DNA of 64,000 bases, from IMG/VR virus record IMGVR_UViG_3300032087_004917; one strand, given 5' to 3'. The notes under the pieces were generated by a model. It saw only the letters and a list, made by a program, of their open reading frames with translations. It was not told the DNA's origin and did no database searches. Both the position numbers and the translations under genes were made by a program. This document shows positions 6,500-14,874 of this stretch, piece after piece; the stretch's first letter is position 1; every line of letters begins with the position of its first letter. Origin of the DNA: an uncultured virus (IMG/VR IMGVR_UViG_3300032087_004917). Taxonomy: Duplodnaviria > Heunggongvirae > Uroviricota > Caudoviricetes.

Positions 6500-8761
6500 A
6501 TGAAACCACACTACAATGGAGTGAGGCGTAATGTCATCGTGGAAGAGCGTCGAAATAAGAAAGCGGTTCTTACGTTCGGACGTTTCAACCCACCCACATC
6601 TGGTCATGAACTACTGATAAACAAAGTTTTACAGGAAGCAAGAAAAAGATCGGCTGACAACTTTATTTTCGCCAGCCATTCTCAAGATAAGAAAAAGAAT
6701 CCTCTAGATTCAAGAACAAAAACAAAGCACATGCGAACCTTTTTCAAAAAGGCTAATATTATGTATAATACCTCGATTCGCACGATTTTTGAGGCTTTGG
6801 GATACCTTGCCGATGAGGGTTATACCGATGTCACTGTCGTTGTTGGTGGCGATAGAACCGACGAGTTTGAAAGAACCGTTAGACCATATATCAATCATCC
6901 CAATCCAGACAAATCTCTGGGTCTTGATTCGTTTGAGGTCGTGAGTGCGGGTAGACGCGATCCCGATGCCGAGGGTATCGTAGGAATGTCGGCATCAAAG
7001 ATGAGAGCAGCAGCCGCCGAGGGCGACTTCAAGTCTTTTCGACAGGGCGTTCCGACCACAGGATCAGACAGACAGGCTCGTAAACTTTTTGATGATGTTC
7101 GCAAGGGAATGGGTGTTGTCGGTGGCACGATTACAGAGGAGGCAGAAGTCTCTAGGGATAAAATTAAGTTACTAGTTTTTTCAGGATATAGTGAAGAAAA
7201 TAAAGATAACTTGATGAGAACCGCAAAACGAATCAAAGAAGAGGCTGATAAAATCGGTGTCGAATGTTTTGTTGCGTTCGTTCCGTTTGCTCGATCTGTA
7301 AAAAATGAAGATGGAACTCGGACTGTTATCAATAAAGATGGCAAGGAGTTTGTGGCAAATAGACATGATACCGTTGTGATTGTCCGTGGTGCTGCACAAG
7401 AAAACAACGCGACACTCGATATGGTTTCGGCGTTTGAAAAGAGTGGATTCTTTGTGATCAACTCTAGAGACTCAATCGAAATTTGTAATGATAAATATCG
7501 CTCCGCACTCACACTCGTCGAGGCAGGTCTTCCAACACCCAGAACCGCTTTGATCACCGATCCAGAGAATGTCATGGATGCACACAAACAGGTCGGTGGA
7601 AAATATCCGGTGGTTGTCAAAACAATCACCGGCTCAAAGGGCAAGGGTGTGTTTATTCTTGAAAGTGAGCAGTCACTTAAATCGACGCTTGATGCAATTC
7701 TTAAAGTTGACGATTCACAAGAGTTGATTATTCAAGAGTATCTTAATATTAATGGTGATCTTCGTATTGTCGTTCTTGACGGAGACATTATTGCAGTTAT
7801 GGAAAGAAGCAAAGTCAAAGGTGATTTCAGAACCAACTTCTCTCTGGGTGGATCTATCAAGCAAGTCAAGATTAGTGATGAAATCAAAAAATTGGCTCTT
7901 AGGACTGCTAAGGCTGTCGGTGGCTATTTTGTCGGTGTGGATATTGCTGTCACTAAAGGTAGTAGAAAACCTTATGTCATTGAAGTGAACGCATCACCGG
8001 GATCAGAGGGCATTGAAAAAGTCTCCTCTGGAAATGTGATGCAGACTTTTGTTAAATACATCACCGACAAAAATAACTGGGACTACCCTCCCACGATTGT
8101 TGGTAGAAAAGAAGTCATCTCAGTCGAGGGTATTGGTCCCATCGCAGCAAAGTTTGACACTGGTAACACGGCGGTAAACTCAATCCACGCCGACACCATG
8201 AAAATTAATGGAAAAACTATTTCATGGACACATGGTGGTAAAAAATTCAAGAACAAAATTGTTGATGAATTTACTATTCTTGAGGGTGGCATCGGCGCAC
8301 ATGAAGAAAAACGATACGTCATTGAGTTGGACATTGAGTTTCTTGATAAAAAATATGCGAAACGAAGATTTACCCTTGATGACAGAAGCAAAAAGGGAAC
8401 TCCTGTTTTGATCGGTGTTCCGTTTATGAAAGAATTTCATATCGTCGTTGACCCCGGTAAGAAGTTTATCAAGACCACAAAACTCAAAGAAGAGGTTTTG
8501 ACAAAACAAGAAATCAAACTTAGAGATAAATTTGCAAAAGATTTGAAAAAACGAGCAAAAGGTTTTAAAGATCGATATGGAGACGATTACGAGGACGTAA
8601 TTTTTGGCACTGCGACCAATATGGCAAAGAAAAAAGCAAGAGAAGAGGAATACACAGATGATAATCTGGAGGGAACGCCTGCTCTTACAAGAAAGCGTAA
8701 GCGAATGACACCCGGACAGGTAAATGAAATCGCAGATACATACTTTAAAGGAGATTCATAA
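6500..8761 (+). CDS. multidomain protein: HxGH cytidylyltransferase-like, RimK ATP-grasp ligase, RimB-like retropepsin protease, basic tail
   Basis: TFGRFNPPTSGH/MSASKMR; CNDK, VVKTITGSKGKGV, QEYL, FRTNFSLGG, GVDI, IEVNASPG; AKFDTGN ... RFTL ... VLIG; SD AGGAGGTGATC. Confidence 0.85.
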   Translation: MKPHYNGVRRNVIVEERRNKKAVLTFGRFNPPTSGHELLINKVLQEARKRSADNFIFASHSQDKKKNPLDSRTKTKHMRTFFKKANIMYNTSIRTIFEALGYLADEGYTDVTVVVGGDRTDEFERTVRPYINHPNPDKSLGLDSFEVVSAGRRDPDAEGIVGMSASKMRAAAAEGDFKSFRQGVPTTGSDRQARKLFDDVRKGMGVVGGTITEEAEVSRDKIKLLVFSGYSEENKDNLMRTAKRIKEEADKIGVECFVAFVPFARSVKNEDGTRTVINKDGKEFVANRHDTVVIVRGAAQENNATLDMVSAFEKSGFFVINSRDSIEICNDKYRSALTLVEAGLPTPRTALITDPENVMDAHKQVGGKYPVVVKTITGSKGKGVFILESEQSLKSTLDAILKVDDSQELIIQEYLNINGDLRIVVLDGDIIAVMERSKVKGDFRTNFSLGGSIKQVKISDEIKKLALRTAKAVGGYFVGVDIAVTKGSRKPYVIEVNASPGSEGIEKVSSGNVMQTFVKYITDKNNWDYPPTIVGRKEVISVEGIGPIAAKFDTGNTAVNSIHADTMKINGKTISWTHGGKKFKNKIVDEFTILEGGIGAHEEKRYVIELDIEFLDKKYAKRRFTLDDRSKKGTPVLIGVPFMKEFHIVVDPGKKFIKTTKLKEEVLTKQEIKLRDKFAKDLKKRAKGFKDRYGDDYEDVIFGTATNMAKKKAREEEYTDDNLEGTPALTRKRKRMTPGQVNEIADTYFKGDS

Positions 8762-9075
8762 TGGAATCAGATAATGTTAGTAGTGGGTTTGACTCCGCCG
8801 GACCTTTTAGTGGTGGTGACTCAGATGGTCTTAAAAATGCGATTGATGCAGTAAATCAAGTGATGAATCGTGGTAATCATAACGCCATGCCAAAAGAAGT
8901 CACTCAAGATATCGTTGACGCGACGGCTCAAGACATTTTGCAAAATGCTAGAACCATTGAGGATAAGAATAAAATTGTAAAAACTCACTTTGACAAAATG
9001 GGTGTCGAAGGAGAGGTAACAAGTCAAAATGTCGCTGCTTTTGAGAAGGCAGTGATGAACAGATTGGGGAAGTAA
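8761..9075 (+). CDS. hypothetical protein
   Basis: AGGAG SD, TAATG coupling. Confidence 0.7.
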   Translation: MESDNVSSGFDSAGPFSGGDSDGLKNAIDAVNQVMNRGNHNAMPKEVTQDIVDATAQDILQNARTIEDKNKIVKTHFDKMGVEGEVTSQNVAAFEKAVMNRLGK

Positions 9076-9597
9076 ATGAAATCTTTTAAGGACATTCGAT
9101 CTAAACTTACCGAAGAATATTACGACGGTCCAACCGCATACGCAGCCGGTGATAGGACTAATGTTGGGGACATCGCTGGAACCGACCTTGGTTCTGTTCA
9201 AAGTGGTGGTGCGAACAAACCGTACCCATCGTCCTCTAATATGGATCTTATGTCCAAGGGTCTTCAAGCCGCACTCGGAGGAGTGTATGAAGATGTCGTT
9301 GATGCTGTCACTAGAGCAAGAGCAAAATTCAACGCAACCGGACTTTCTTTTCACATTGACCCTGCCGCGATGAGAAACGCTGCCATGAACGGAACTGAGT
9401 ATACCACCGAAGTTACTTTTGGTGATCAGCCTCTTGGTGATAATAGAAACGTATCAGATGCGACCAATCAAGAGCCTGATCAGGCTTTGCCCGAAGTTGA
9501 GGGTGTGCCGTTCGAAGCGACACTTCCTAAAACTGACGTTGTGTTCACCTTTGAAAGCAGCGGCACTGGATACAAAATTAATGTAAACTTCGCATGA
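9076..9597 (+). CDS. putative internal head protein
   Basis: MKSFKDIRSKLTEE leader. Confidence 0.7.
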   Translation: MKSFKDIRSKLTEEYYDGPTAYAAGDRTNVGDIAGTDLGSVQSGGANKPYPSSSNMDLMSKGLQAALGGVYEDVVDAVTRARAKFNATGLSFHIDPAAMRNAAMNGTEYTTEVTFGDQPLGDNRNVSDATNQEPDQALPEVEGVPFEATLPKTDVVFTFESSGTGYKINVNFA

Positions 9598-9598
9598 T

Positions 9599-9982
9599 AT
9601 GTCATTTCGTGAACTAACCGACGATAACATCGTCAACTTTGCAATGAAAAACTATAATAATCCCTCTTGTAAAAACATCGAGGAGTTTCAAGAGGATTTT
9701 AATAGAATAAAGTATGTCAAAAGACTGTTTAATCGTTATGAGACAACTGGTGTTCTTCGTGAGCGTTTAATCCTGAATCACATCATTACTTTTTACAATG
9801 TTTTTGGTGTCGTTGCTGGCACTAGAATGTTTTTTAATAGAATCGATAAAAGTCAATACCCAATACTAAAGACATTTTTGACTTACCTTAATTTTTGTCC
9901 AGAAGAAAAGTTCGATGGAATAGATATTATTAGTGTCCCTCTTGACACAAAAATCATTAGTATTTTACGGAGCCTGAAATGA
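9599..9982 (+). CDS. conserved T4-like phage protein (DUF7207-like)
   Basis: FAMKNYNNP..EEFQEDFNRIKYVKRL..ERLILNHII, recalled from marine T4-like phages. Confidence 0.75.
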   Translation: MSFRELTDDNIVNFAMKNYNNPSCKNIEEFQEDFNRIKYVKRLFNRYETTGVLRERLILNHIITFYNVFGVVAGTRMFFNRIDKSQYPILKTFLTYLNFCPEEKFDGIDIISVPLDTKIISILRSLK

Positions 9983-10761
9983 TCTCATACGAACTTTTGA
10001 AACAAAGACTGGTTGTAATGGAAGAGTCAAGGCAACAGCCGATTGACCAAGATTCTTTTACAAAGTCTTTGAATGAATCAAAAGATCTATGTGAGGCTCA
10101 CGACGACTATACAAAACAAGGTGGTATTTTTGAGGAGTTTCCATTTTATGGATACGGTCCTCCTACTTTGTATCCCATGCCAAGAACATATGCTGCATCG
10201 AGTATTGACTCCGACCAAATTGGATTTGAGGGTTCTATCGAGCCAGCGATTAGAGACACAGTGCTACGGCTTAAAAGTGTAAAAAAGCCAGATGAATCTG
10301 TTGTCTACAATCAAATGAAAAAAGAGGCGATCATTATCAAGCGTGAGGAGTTGCCAACTTACGTCGAAAGTGGTTACATGGTCGTTTATGAAGAAACAAG
10401 CGTAGCACCCACTCCGACTGGTGGGCAGTTTACGGATACAGACGGAAGTTTTGACACCGTTGCCGGATTCGATAAACTTCTTTTTGGAAAGAATAGAAAA
10501 GAACTCAAGAAGTATAAAGGTAAAGTTTTTAAAGTCCCTTCTTCTATGTTTAGAAGAATGAAAGAAGGAAGAGAAAGATACTCAAGATGGAGTGACTATA
10601 TCGAGGAAGATGGTGACAGTGATCATATCATTGCCATCAAAAACTATTCTCTGAGAAACACGACAAGCCCTGTTGTTGTTCAAGACGCTGAGACTGGTGA
10701 ACGGGCGATTCTTCGTCGTAGATATAATGACTCTCGCTTGAAACACAACAGGAGCAAGTAA
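9979..10761 (+). CDS. conserved T4-like phage hypothetical protein
   Basis: Coupled ORF; C-terminal FKVPSSMF..RYSRWSDY..VVVQDAETG module. Confidence 0.7.
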   Translation: MISYELLKQRLVVMEESRQQPIDQDSFTKSLNESKDLCEAHDDYTKQGGIFEEFPFYGYGPPTLYPMPRTYAASSIDSDQIGFEGSIEPAIRDTVLRLKSVKKPDESVVYNQMKKEAIIIKREELPTYVESGYMVVYEETSVAPTPTGGQFTDTDGSFDTVAGFDKLLFGKNRKELKKYKGKVFKVPSSMFRRMKEGRERYSRWSDYIEEDGDSDHIIAIKNYSLRNTTSPVVVQDAETGERAILRRRYNDSRLKHNRSK

Positions 10762-11207
10762 TGGAATTTTTATCACCTGACTTTTTATCGTTGCTAACTG
10801 GTTCTGCAACTGGTTTCTTATTCAAAGCAATGGCTGAACGTCGCGCACAGGATCAAGAGCGATTCAAGATGGCGATGGGCGTAGCCGAAAAAGAAAACGA
10901 ACATGCCGATGCTGCCGTCAGCCGTGTGTCAATCGATGCAGGTAAACTGGTTCGTCGATTCATTGTTCTTTGCATTATGTTTGGCACGATCATCGCACCA
11001 TTCATTATTGCCTACAGCGATGGCATCACCACCGTGGTTGAGCATGAAATGACCGTCTACAAGCCATGGGACTTGCTCGGTCTGTTTGGCACTGAAAACG
11101 TAAGAACGTATACCCCGGTGGAGGGATATTTGTATACAGAAGAGAATAGACAAATCCTTGTTACTATTGTAGGATTCTACTTCGGCACTGCCGTGAGAGG
11201 AAAGTAA
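10761..11207 (+). CDS. holin-like membrane protein
   Basis: Hydrophobic N-terminus, central TM, C-terminal IVGFYFG as in 3TM/GTA-type holins. Confidence 0.5.
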   Translation: MEFLSPDFLSLLTGSATGFLFKAMAERRAQDQERFKMAMGVAEKENEHADAAVSRVSIDAGKLVRRFIVLCIMFGTIIAPFIIAYSDGITTVVEHEMTVYKPWDLLGLFGTENVRTYTPVEGYLYTEENRQILVTIVGFYFGTAVRGK

Positions 11208-11441
11208 ATGTCAGAATGTAAACATGAGTGTATTGTTTTGAAAAGAATCTGCATCTTTATTTTGGGTGTGGTGATTGGTTTTGCTGGAGGATACAAGTAT
11301 CACCAGACAAAGGTTCAACATCGTGTTCACGATAGGTTGATGAAGCAAGCCGAAAAGCCTATGTTCAAACGCCAACGTAATAAAGCACCCGAACCAAGAG
11401 ATGAAACTTTCTTTGAAAAGAAAAAGAGAGTCCCCCGATGA
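11208..11441 (+). CDS. single-TM protein with basic soluble tail
   Basis: ICIFILGVVIGFAGG TM segment. Confidence 0.65.
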   Translation: MSECKHECIVLKRICIFILGVVIGFAGGYKYHQTKVQHRVHDRLMKQAEKPMFKRQRNKAPEPRDETFFEKKKRVPR

Positions 11442-11674
11442 GATATCTTTTGATTATGTTTTTAGCGGGATGTGCGAGCGTCAAAAGTGTCAAGCAACCA
11501 TTTGTTGATATTGGCATCGACGGTCAACCAGAAATTATTCACACTTTGGACTCGGCATCAGAACCAGTCACGAACATGATCGGTGCTGGCGATGCCTTGG
11601 GTCTTCAAACACTAGAGGATTTTGAATCCTCAAAAAAACCCTTAGCCCCACACTGGTACTACTTGCTGCACTAG
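11438..11674 (+). CDS. lipoprotein
   Basis: MRYLLIMFLAGC lipobox; ATGA overlap. Confidence 0.7.
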   Translation: MRYLLIMFLAGCASVKSVKQPFVDIGIDGQPEIIHTLDSASEPVTNMIGAGDALGLQTLEDFESSKKPLAPHWYYLLH

Positions 11675-11686
11675 TAGTGGGGTTTC
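11644..11686. terminator. hairpin at the convergent strand-switch point
   Basis: GCCCCAC-ACTGGT...ACTAGT-A-GTGGGGT-TT between converging transcription units. Confidence 0.5.
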
Positions 11687-12259
11687 TTATCTGGTTTGAA
11701 TTTTTGCGTAAGCCTCATAAGCAGCCTTACAAATAAAGTAAGCATCAGCAATATCCGAAACGGGTGACCCAATGGTTGCCCGTTTTGGCGTTATAAGTTT
11801 CTGTAAATTTACACCAGTGTCAAGTTCAAACGCATCGACCATTTTACGTTTATCTGCGTTGCCTTTACCCGTGGCATCTTTCTTTACTTTTGTTGGGGGG
11901 ATTACGTCAACTGCGATACCGGCTTCCCAAAGTTTGTATTTAAGAAGTCCACAGTTCTCTGCAATCTGAAAAATAGCACGACCAGAGGCTCCGTATGCAT
12001 AACCCTCAAGACCAACGTAGTCACATCCTAAAACTTTATCAACCGCCCAGTCAGAAATTGAATTGTATCGTTGGCATTCGTGATTAAACTCATTGAAGAG
12101 TTCACCGTAAAACCTATATTCAAAAACATCGGCAAGGCTTTTGATATTTGTCAAATAGTAAAAAGAGCATTGTTTAAAGTCAAACTTTTTACCTTCTCGA
12201 CTTTGGTAAACACAAACGCAGGGTCCATTCAGGGAATAGTCAATTCCTGCCACGATCAT
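11687..12259 (-). CDS. RuvC-like Holliday junction resolvase
   Basis: AGIDYS, LEGY, VKKDATGKGNADK, DIADAY. Confidence 0.85.
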   Translation of the reverse strand: MIVAGIDYSLNGPCVCVYQSREGKKFDFKQCSFYYLTNIKSLADVFEYRFYGELFNEFNHECQRYNSISDWAVDKVLGCDYVGLEGYAYGASGRAIFQIAENCGLLKYKLWEAGIAVDVIPPTKVKKDATGKGNADKRKMVDAFELDTGVNLQKLITPKRATIGSPVSDIADAYFICKAAYEAYAKIQTR

Positions 12260-12482
12260 CTGAGTTTTTCTCCAAACAATCTAGGCACGGGACTTCACCT
12301 GTTGTTGAAAATCTTGCAATATTATTCAAAAAATCTTTTCGTTTTTGACAACCGCCACATTTGCTACCTTCCATCACACCAAAGGTGACAGTATCGATAG
12401 CCAACTTTACAAAATCACCAAGTCCTTTGTTTGCAAGACGCTTTTTCATCTTGTTGGGCATCCACGACGTATCCATTTTCAT
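12240..12482 (-). CDS. small Cys-containing hypothetical protein
   Basis: GLGD..CGGCQKRKDFLN..CLDC; GGAGG SD; late promoter upstream. Confidence 0.7.
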   Translation of the reverse strand: MKMDTSWMPNKMKKRLANKGLGDFVKLAIDTVTFGVMEGSKCGGCQKRKDFLNNIARFSTTGEVPCLDCLEKNSDDRGRN

Positions 12483-12499
12483 AACAATACCTCCAAGGG

Positions 12500-12507
12500 T
12501 ATTTAGG
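12500..12507 (-). promoter_or_regulatory. late promoter CCTAAATA
   Basis: TAAATA core overlapping the tonB stop codon. Confidence 0.65.
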
Positions 12508-13144
12508 TGTTGTTCTCAAAGGAGAAAGATTGACGCAGGCGACTTGAAACAGAACGACCTTGGACTTTAGCAGGTTCAAACTTCCATTGTTTGATGGCAG
12601 CAATAGCAGAGCGGTCGAAAGATGGATTTGTGGTTCGCTGGACTTTAGGATCTTGCACCCGACCATTTTCATCAACAATAAAAATTACGACCACGGTGGC
12701 TGGAGTCTGACGCAGCAAGGTAGAGGTAAGACGAGGCTGCACCACGCTCAACCGACGAGCCTTTTGGTCAAGTTCCGATGAAGAAAAGATTTCATTCATC
12801 TCTTCGCTGTTGGTCAAAGCAGTTTTCAACTGAACACCAAAGTCACCACCCATAAAATCACCGAAGCCCGGATTGAGCATAACCTCTAACTGGCTGATGT
12901 CCAGTGGTTCGGGGGTGGATTCCATCTGTGGTGGTTCCGGTTCGGGTTCAGGCTCCGGCTCATCCGGTTCGTCCATCGGGGGTGGTGGAGGTGGTGGAAC
13001 GCTAACGATTTCCATCGCCCGACTCACGGAATCACCTTGGAATGGAGAGTTGATTGCTTGAAGCAACGGCAATAGCATAAAGAAGAATGCTGTGCATCCG
13101 AACGCAAGAATATAAGCAACAAATGTTCTGATTAGCCTTCGCAT
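12503..13144 (-). CDS. tonB: TonB family energy transducer
   Basis: N-terminal TM, Pro/Glu-rich linker, C-terminal FIVDENGRV..FDRSAIAAIKQWKFEPA..G. Confidence 0.9.
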   Translation of the reverse strand: MRRLIRTFVAYILAFGCTAFFFMLLPLLQAINSPFQGDSVSRAMEIVSVPPPPPPPMDEPDEPEPEPEPEPPQMESTPEPLDISQLEVMLNPGFGDFMGGDFGVQLKTALTNSEEMNEIFSSSELDQKARRLSVVQPRLTSTLLRQTPATVVVIFIVDENGRVQDPKVQRTTNPSFDRSAIAAIKQWKFEPAKVQGRSVSSRLRQSFSFENNT

Positions 13145-14736
13145 CCCCAGTTTCCAAGAATGGTAGTCAGATCAAGGAAACCAACCACACCATCGGCATT
13201 TGCATCACCAGCACAACCTCCACAATCGCCATCGTCTGTTCCTTCCAAGAAACCAAACTCATCAGCGGCACTCCAACCTGCCAACCAGTTTTCGCCGGGA
13301 GCGAAACCACCACGATAAGTCACGGGTGAGTAGAAACCATTCGCAGGTGCAGGAGCAGGTGTCGTGATGATGTCAGAGTCAATTGGTGTCGGATCAATCG
13401 ACACAACAGCATTCACAGACTTGCCACCGACAATAACACTCGGCGCACGAACCAGTGAGCGAATCGGAAGTTCTGCGGTTTCAATATTTGTCACACGCAT
13501 TGACGCAGGCACGATGTCGTAGTATGGGTCATCGGAGATGTCACCAAAACCGGAAATAATGTTGTTTGACAATTCTGCAAGTTTGCCATCGGTTTGTGCT
13601 TGATACAGGTTGTCCATCATAGACGAAGCACCAGCGTTCACAGGGTCAATGTAGGCAATCCCGTCCGACCCTACTGCGTCAGTCTCAAAGCGTTCAGCGA
13701 GCGTCAGAGTCCCGTTATGACCATATCCCGAAGAGCCGTCTCCGTCATCCCCGTCAGCACGAACGAGTTTGTCTCCCTTACCGATAAAGATATTGTTTCG
13801 GAATTGAACCGATGCGTTGTCTCTCCAAGTGGTCGTGCCGTCACCGGATTCGGTGTTCGCAATTGTTGTAAAATTATAAATTGCAGCACGGGTTCTTGGT
13901 TGAGCGTCAGAGTTTTCTGCACCATCAAACTCAAAGATATTGTCACCGAGTCCAGAACCTTGTGAAGCGTTTCTTGAATAGCCTTGCACGATCAGACCAA
14001 ACTGCGCACGACCTCTCCAACCTTGGTCAACATCAAATGAGTCATCACCGACATTCCAAATGGAAACATATTTGAGGTCAACCGTTCCGCCCCAAATCTC
14101 GATGCCGTCATCGACATTGTTCATTACTTCGATGTGGTGAATCTTCGTATTCCGACCAATAGCACCAAGAGACAGACCATTGAGTTCGTTAGAAAGTCCG
14201 AGGACTCTACCCGCATAGCGAATAGACAGGTAAGAAAGATTTCCTGCATCATAGTCATCGTTACCACCACCATAATTATTTAGAGATGGGTTGCCTGCCG
14301 TTTCAACAAGTCCTTCCATGTTCGCTTGGTTGGAAGCACTCGGAGTCAGGGTATTATTCGGGAATCCACCGGAGTTGGTCGTTCCGTCAAACCCGATGAA
14401 GGCATCACCGCAAAGTGTAAGATTACCCCACTCGTTCGCAGACGCTCTCCATGTTCCATCGTCAAGGGTAGAGGTCATCACGACTGGTGCGTGTCGCTCT
14501 CCGTTCACAAAGATTTGTGCGCCGTTCGTCACACATAAACCACCTGCACCATTCGCAGATGCTTCGGAAGCAATCACTGTTCCTGCTTCAATTGTCAAAG
14601 TTGCCCCCGGCAACACATAAATTTGTTTTGTTAGATTGTAAGTATTGTCCGCAGTCCAAGTTGTTGATGTTGCGATGTCCTCGGTGACATCAATGTTTGC
14701 TGCAAGAGCGACGATAAGTGTAAGATATCCAATCAT
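13132..14736 (-). CDS. secreted beta-helix-type protein with C-terminal planctomycete-type dockerin motif
   Basis: Start ATG14736 after GGAGG; signal peptide; TLTIEAGT, NELNGLSLG, DDGIEIWGG, DDSFD motifs; tail CAGDANADGVVGFLDLTTILGNWGC. Confidence 0.8.
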   Translation of the reverse strand: MIGYLTLIVALAANIDVTEDIATSTTWTADNTYNLTKQIYVLPGATLTIEAGTVIASEASANGAGGLCVTNGAQIFVNGERHAPVVMTSTLDDGTWRASANEWGNLTLCGDAFIGFDGTTNSGGFPNNTLTPSASNQANMEGLVETAGNPSLNNYGGGNDDYDAGNLSYLSIRYAGRVLGLSNELNGLSLGAIGRNTKIHHIEVMNNVDDGIEIWGGTVDLKYVSIWNVGDDSFDVDQGWRGRAQFGLIVQGYSRNASQGSGLGDNIFEFDGAENSDAQPRTRAAIYNFTTIANTESGDGTTTWRDNASVQFRNNIFIGKGDKLVRADGDDGDGSSGYGHNGTLTLAERFETDAVGSDGIAYIDPVNAGASSMMDNLYQAQTDGKLAELSNNIISGFGDISDDPYYDIVPASMRVTNIETAELPIRSLVRAPSVIVGGKSVNAVVSIDPTPIDSDIITTPAPAPANGFYSPVTYRGGFAPGENWLAGWSAADEFGFLEGTDDGDCGGCAGDANADGVVGFLDLTTILGNWGCEG

Positions 14737-14763
14737 GTATTCACCTCCAAATACCAATTACTT

Positions 14764-14814
14764 ATTATAAAAGCGGTTATGAAACCATGTGCGTTGCGTT
14801 ATAGTTTTGTTAAG
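14764..14814 (-). promoter_or_regulatory. TATAAT -10 with upstream 11-bp-phased TAAC direct repeats (PhoB/OmpR-type box)
   Basis: Minus strand reads CTTAACAAAAC TATAACGCAAC GCACATGGTTT CATAACCGCTT T TATAAT. Confidence 0.5.
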
Positions 14815-14819
14815 TCGTA

Positions 14820-14850
14820 TAAAAAAAACACCCCGCCGAAGCGGGGTGTC
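14820..14850 (-). terminator. Rho-independent terminator after the porin
   Basis: GACACCCCGC-TTCG-GCGGGGTGT followed by a long T-tract. Confidence 0.92.
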
Positions 14851-14874
14851 TTCATCAGGATTGTGTGTTATGAA

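Noticed and set aside
6895..7644. 249-aa minus-strand ORF
   Set aside because: Antisense to the well-supported cytidylyltransferase/RimK gene
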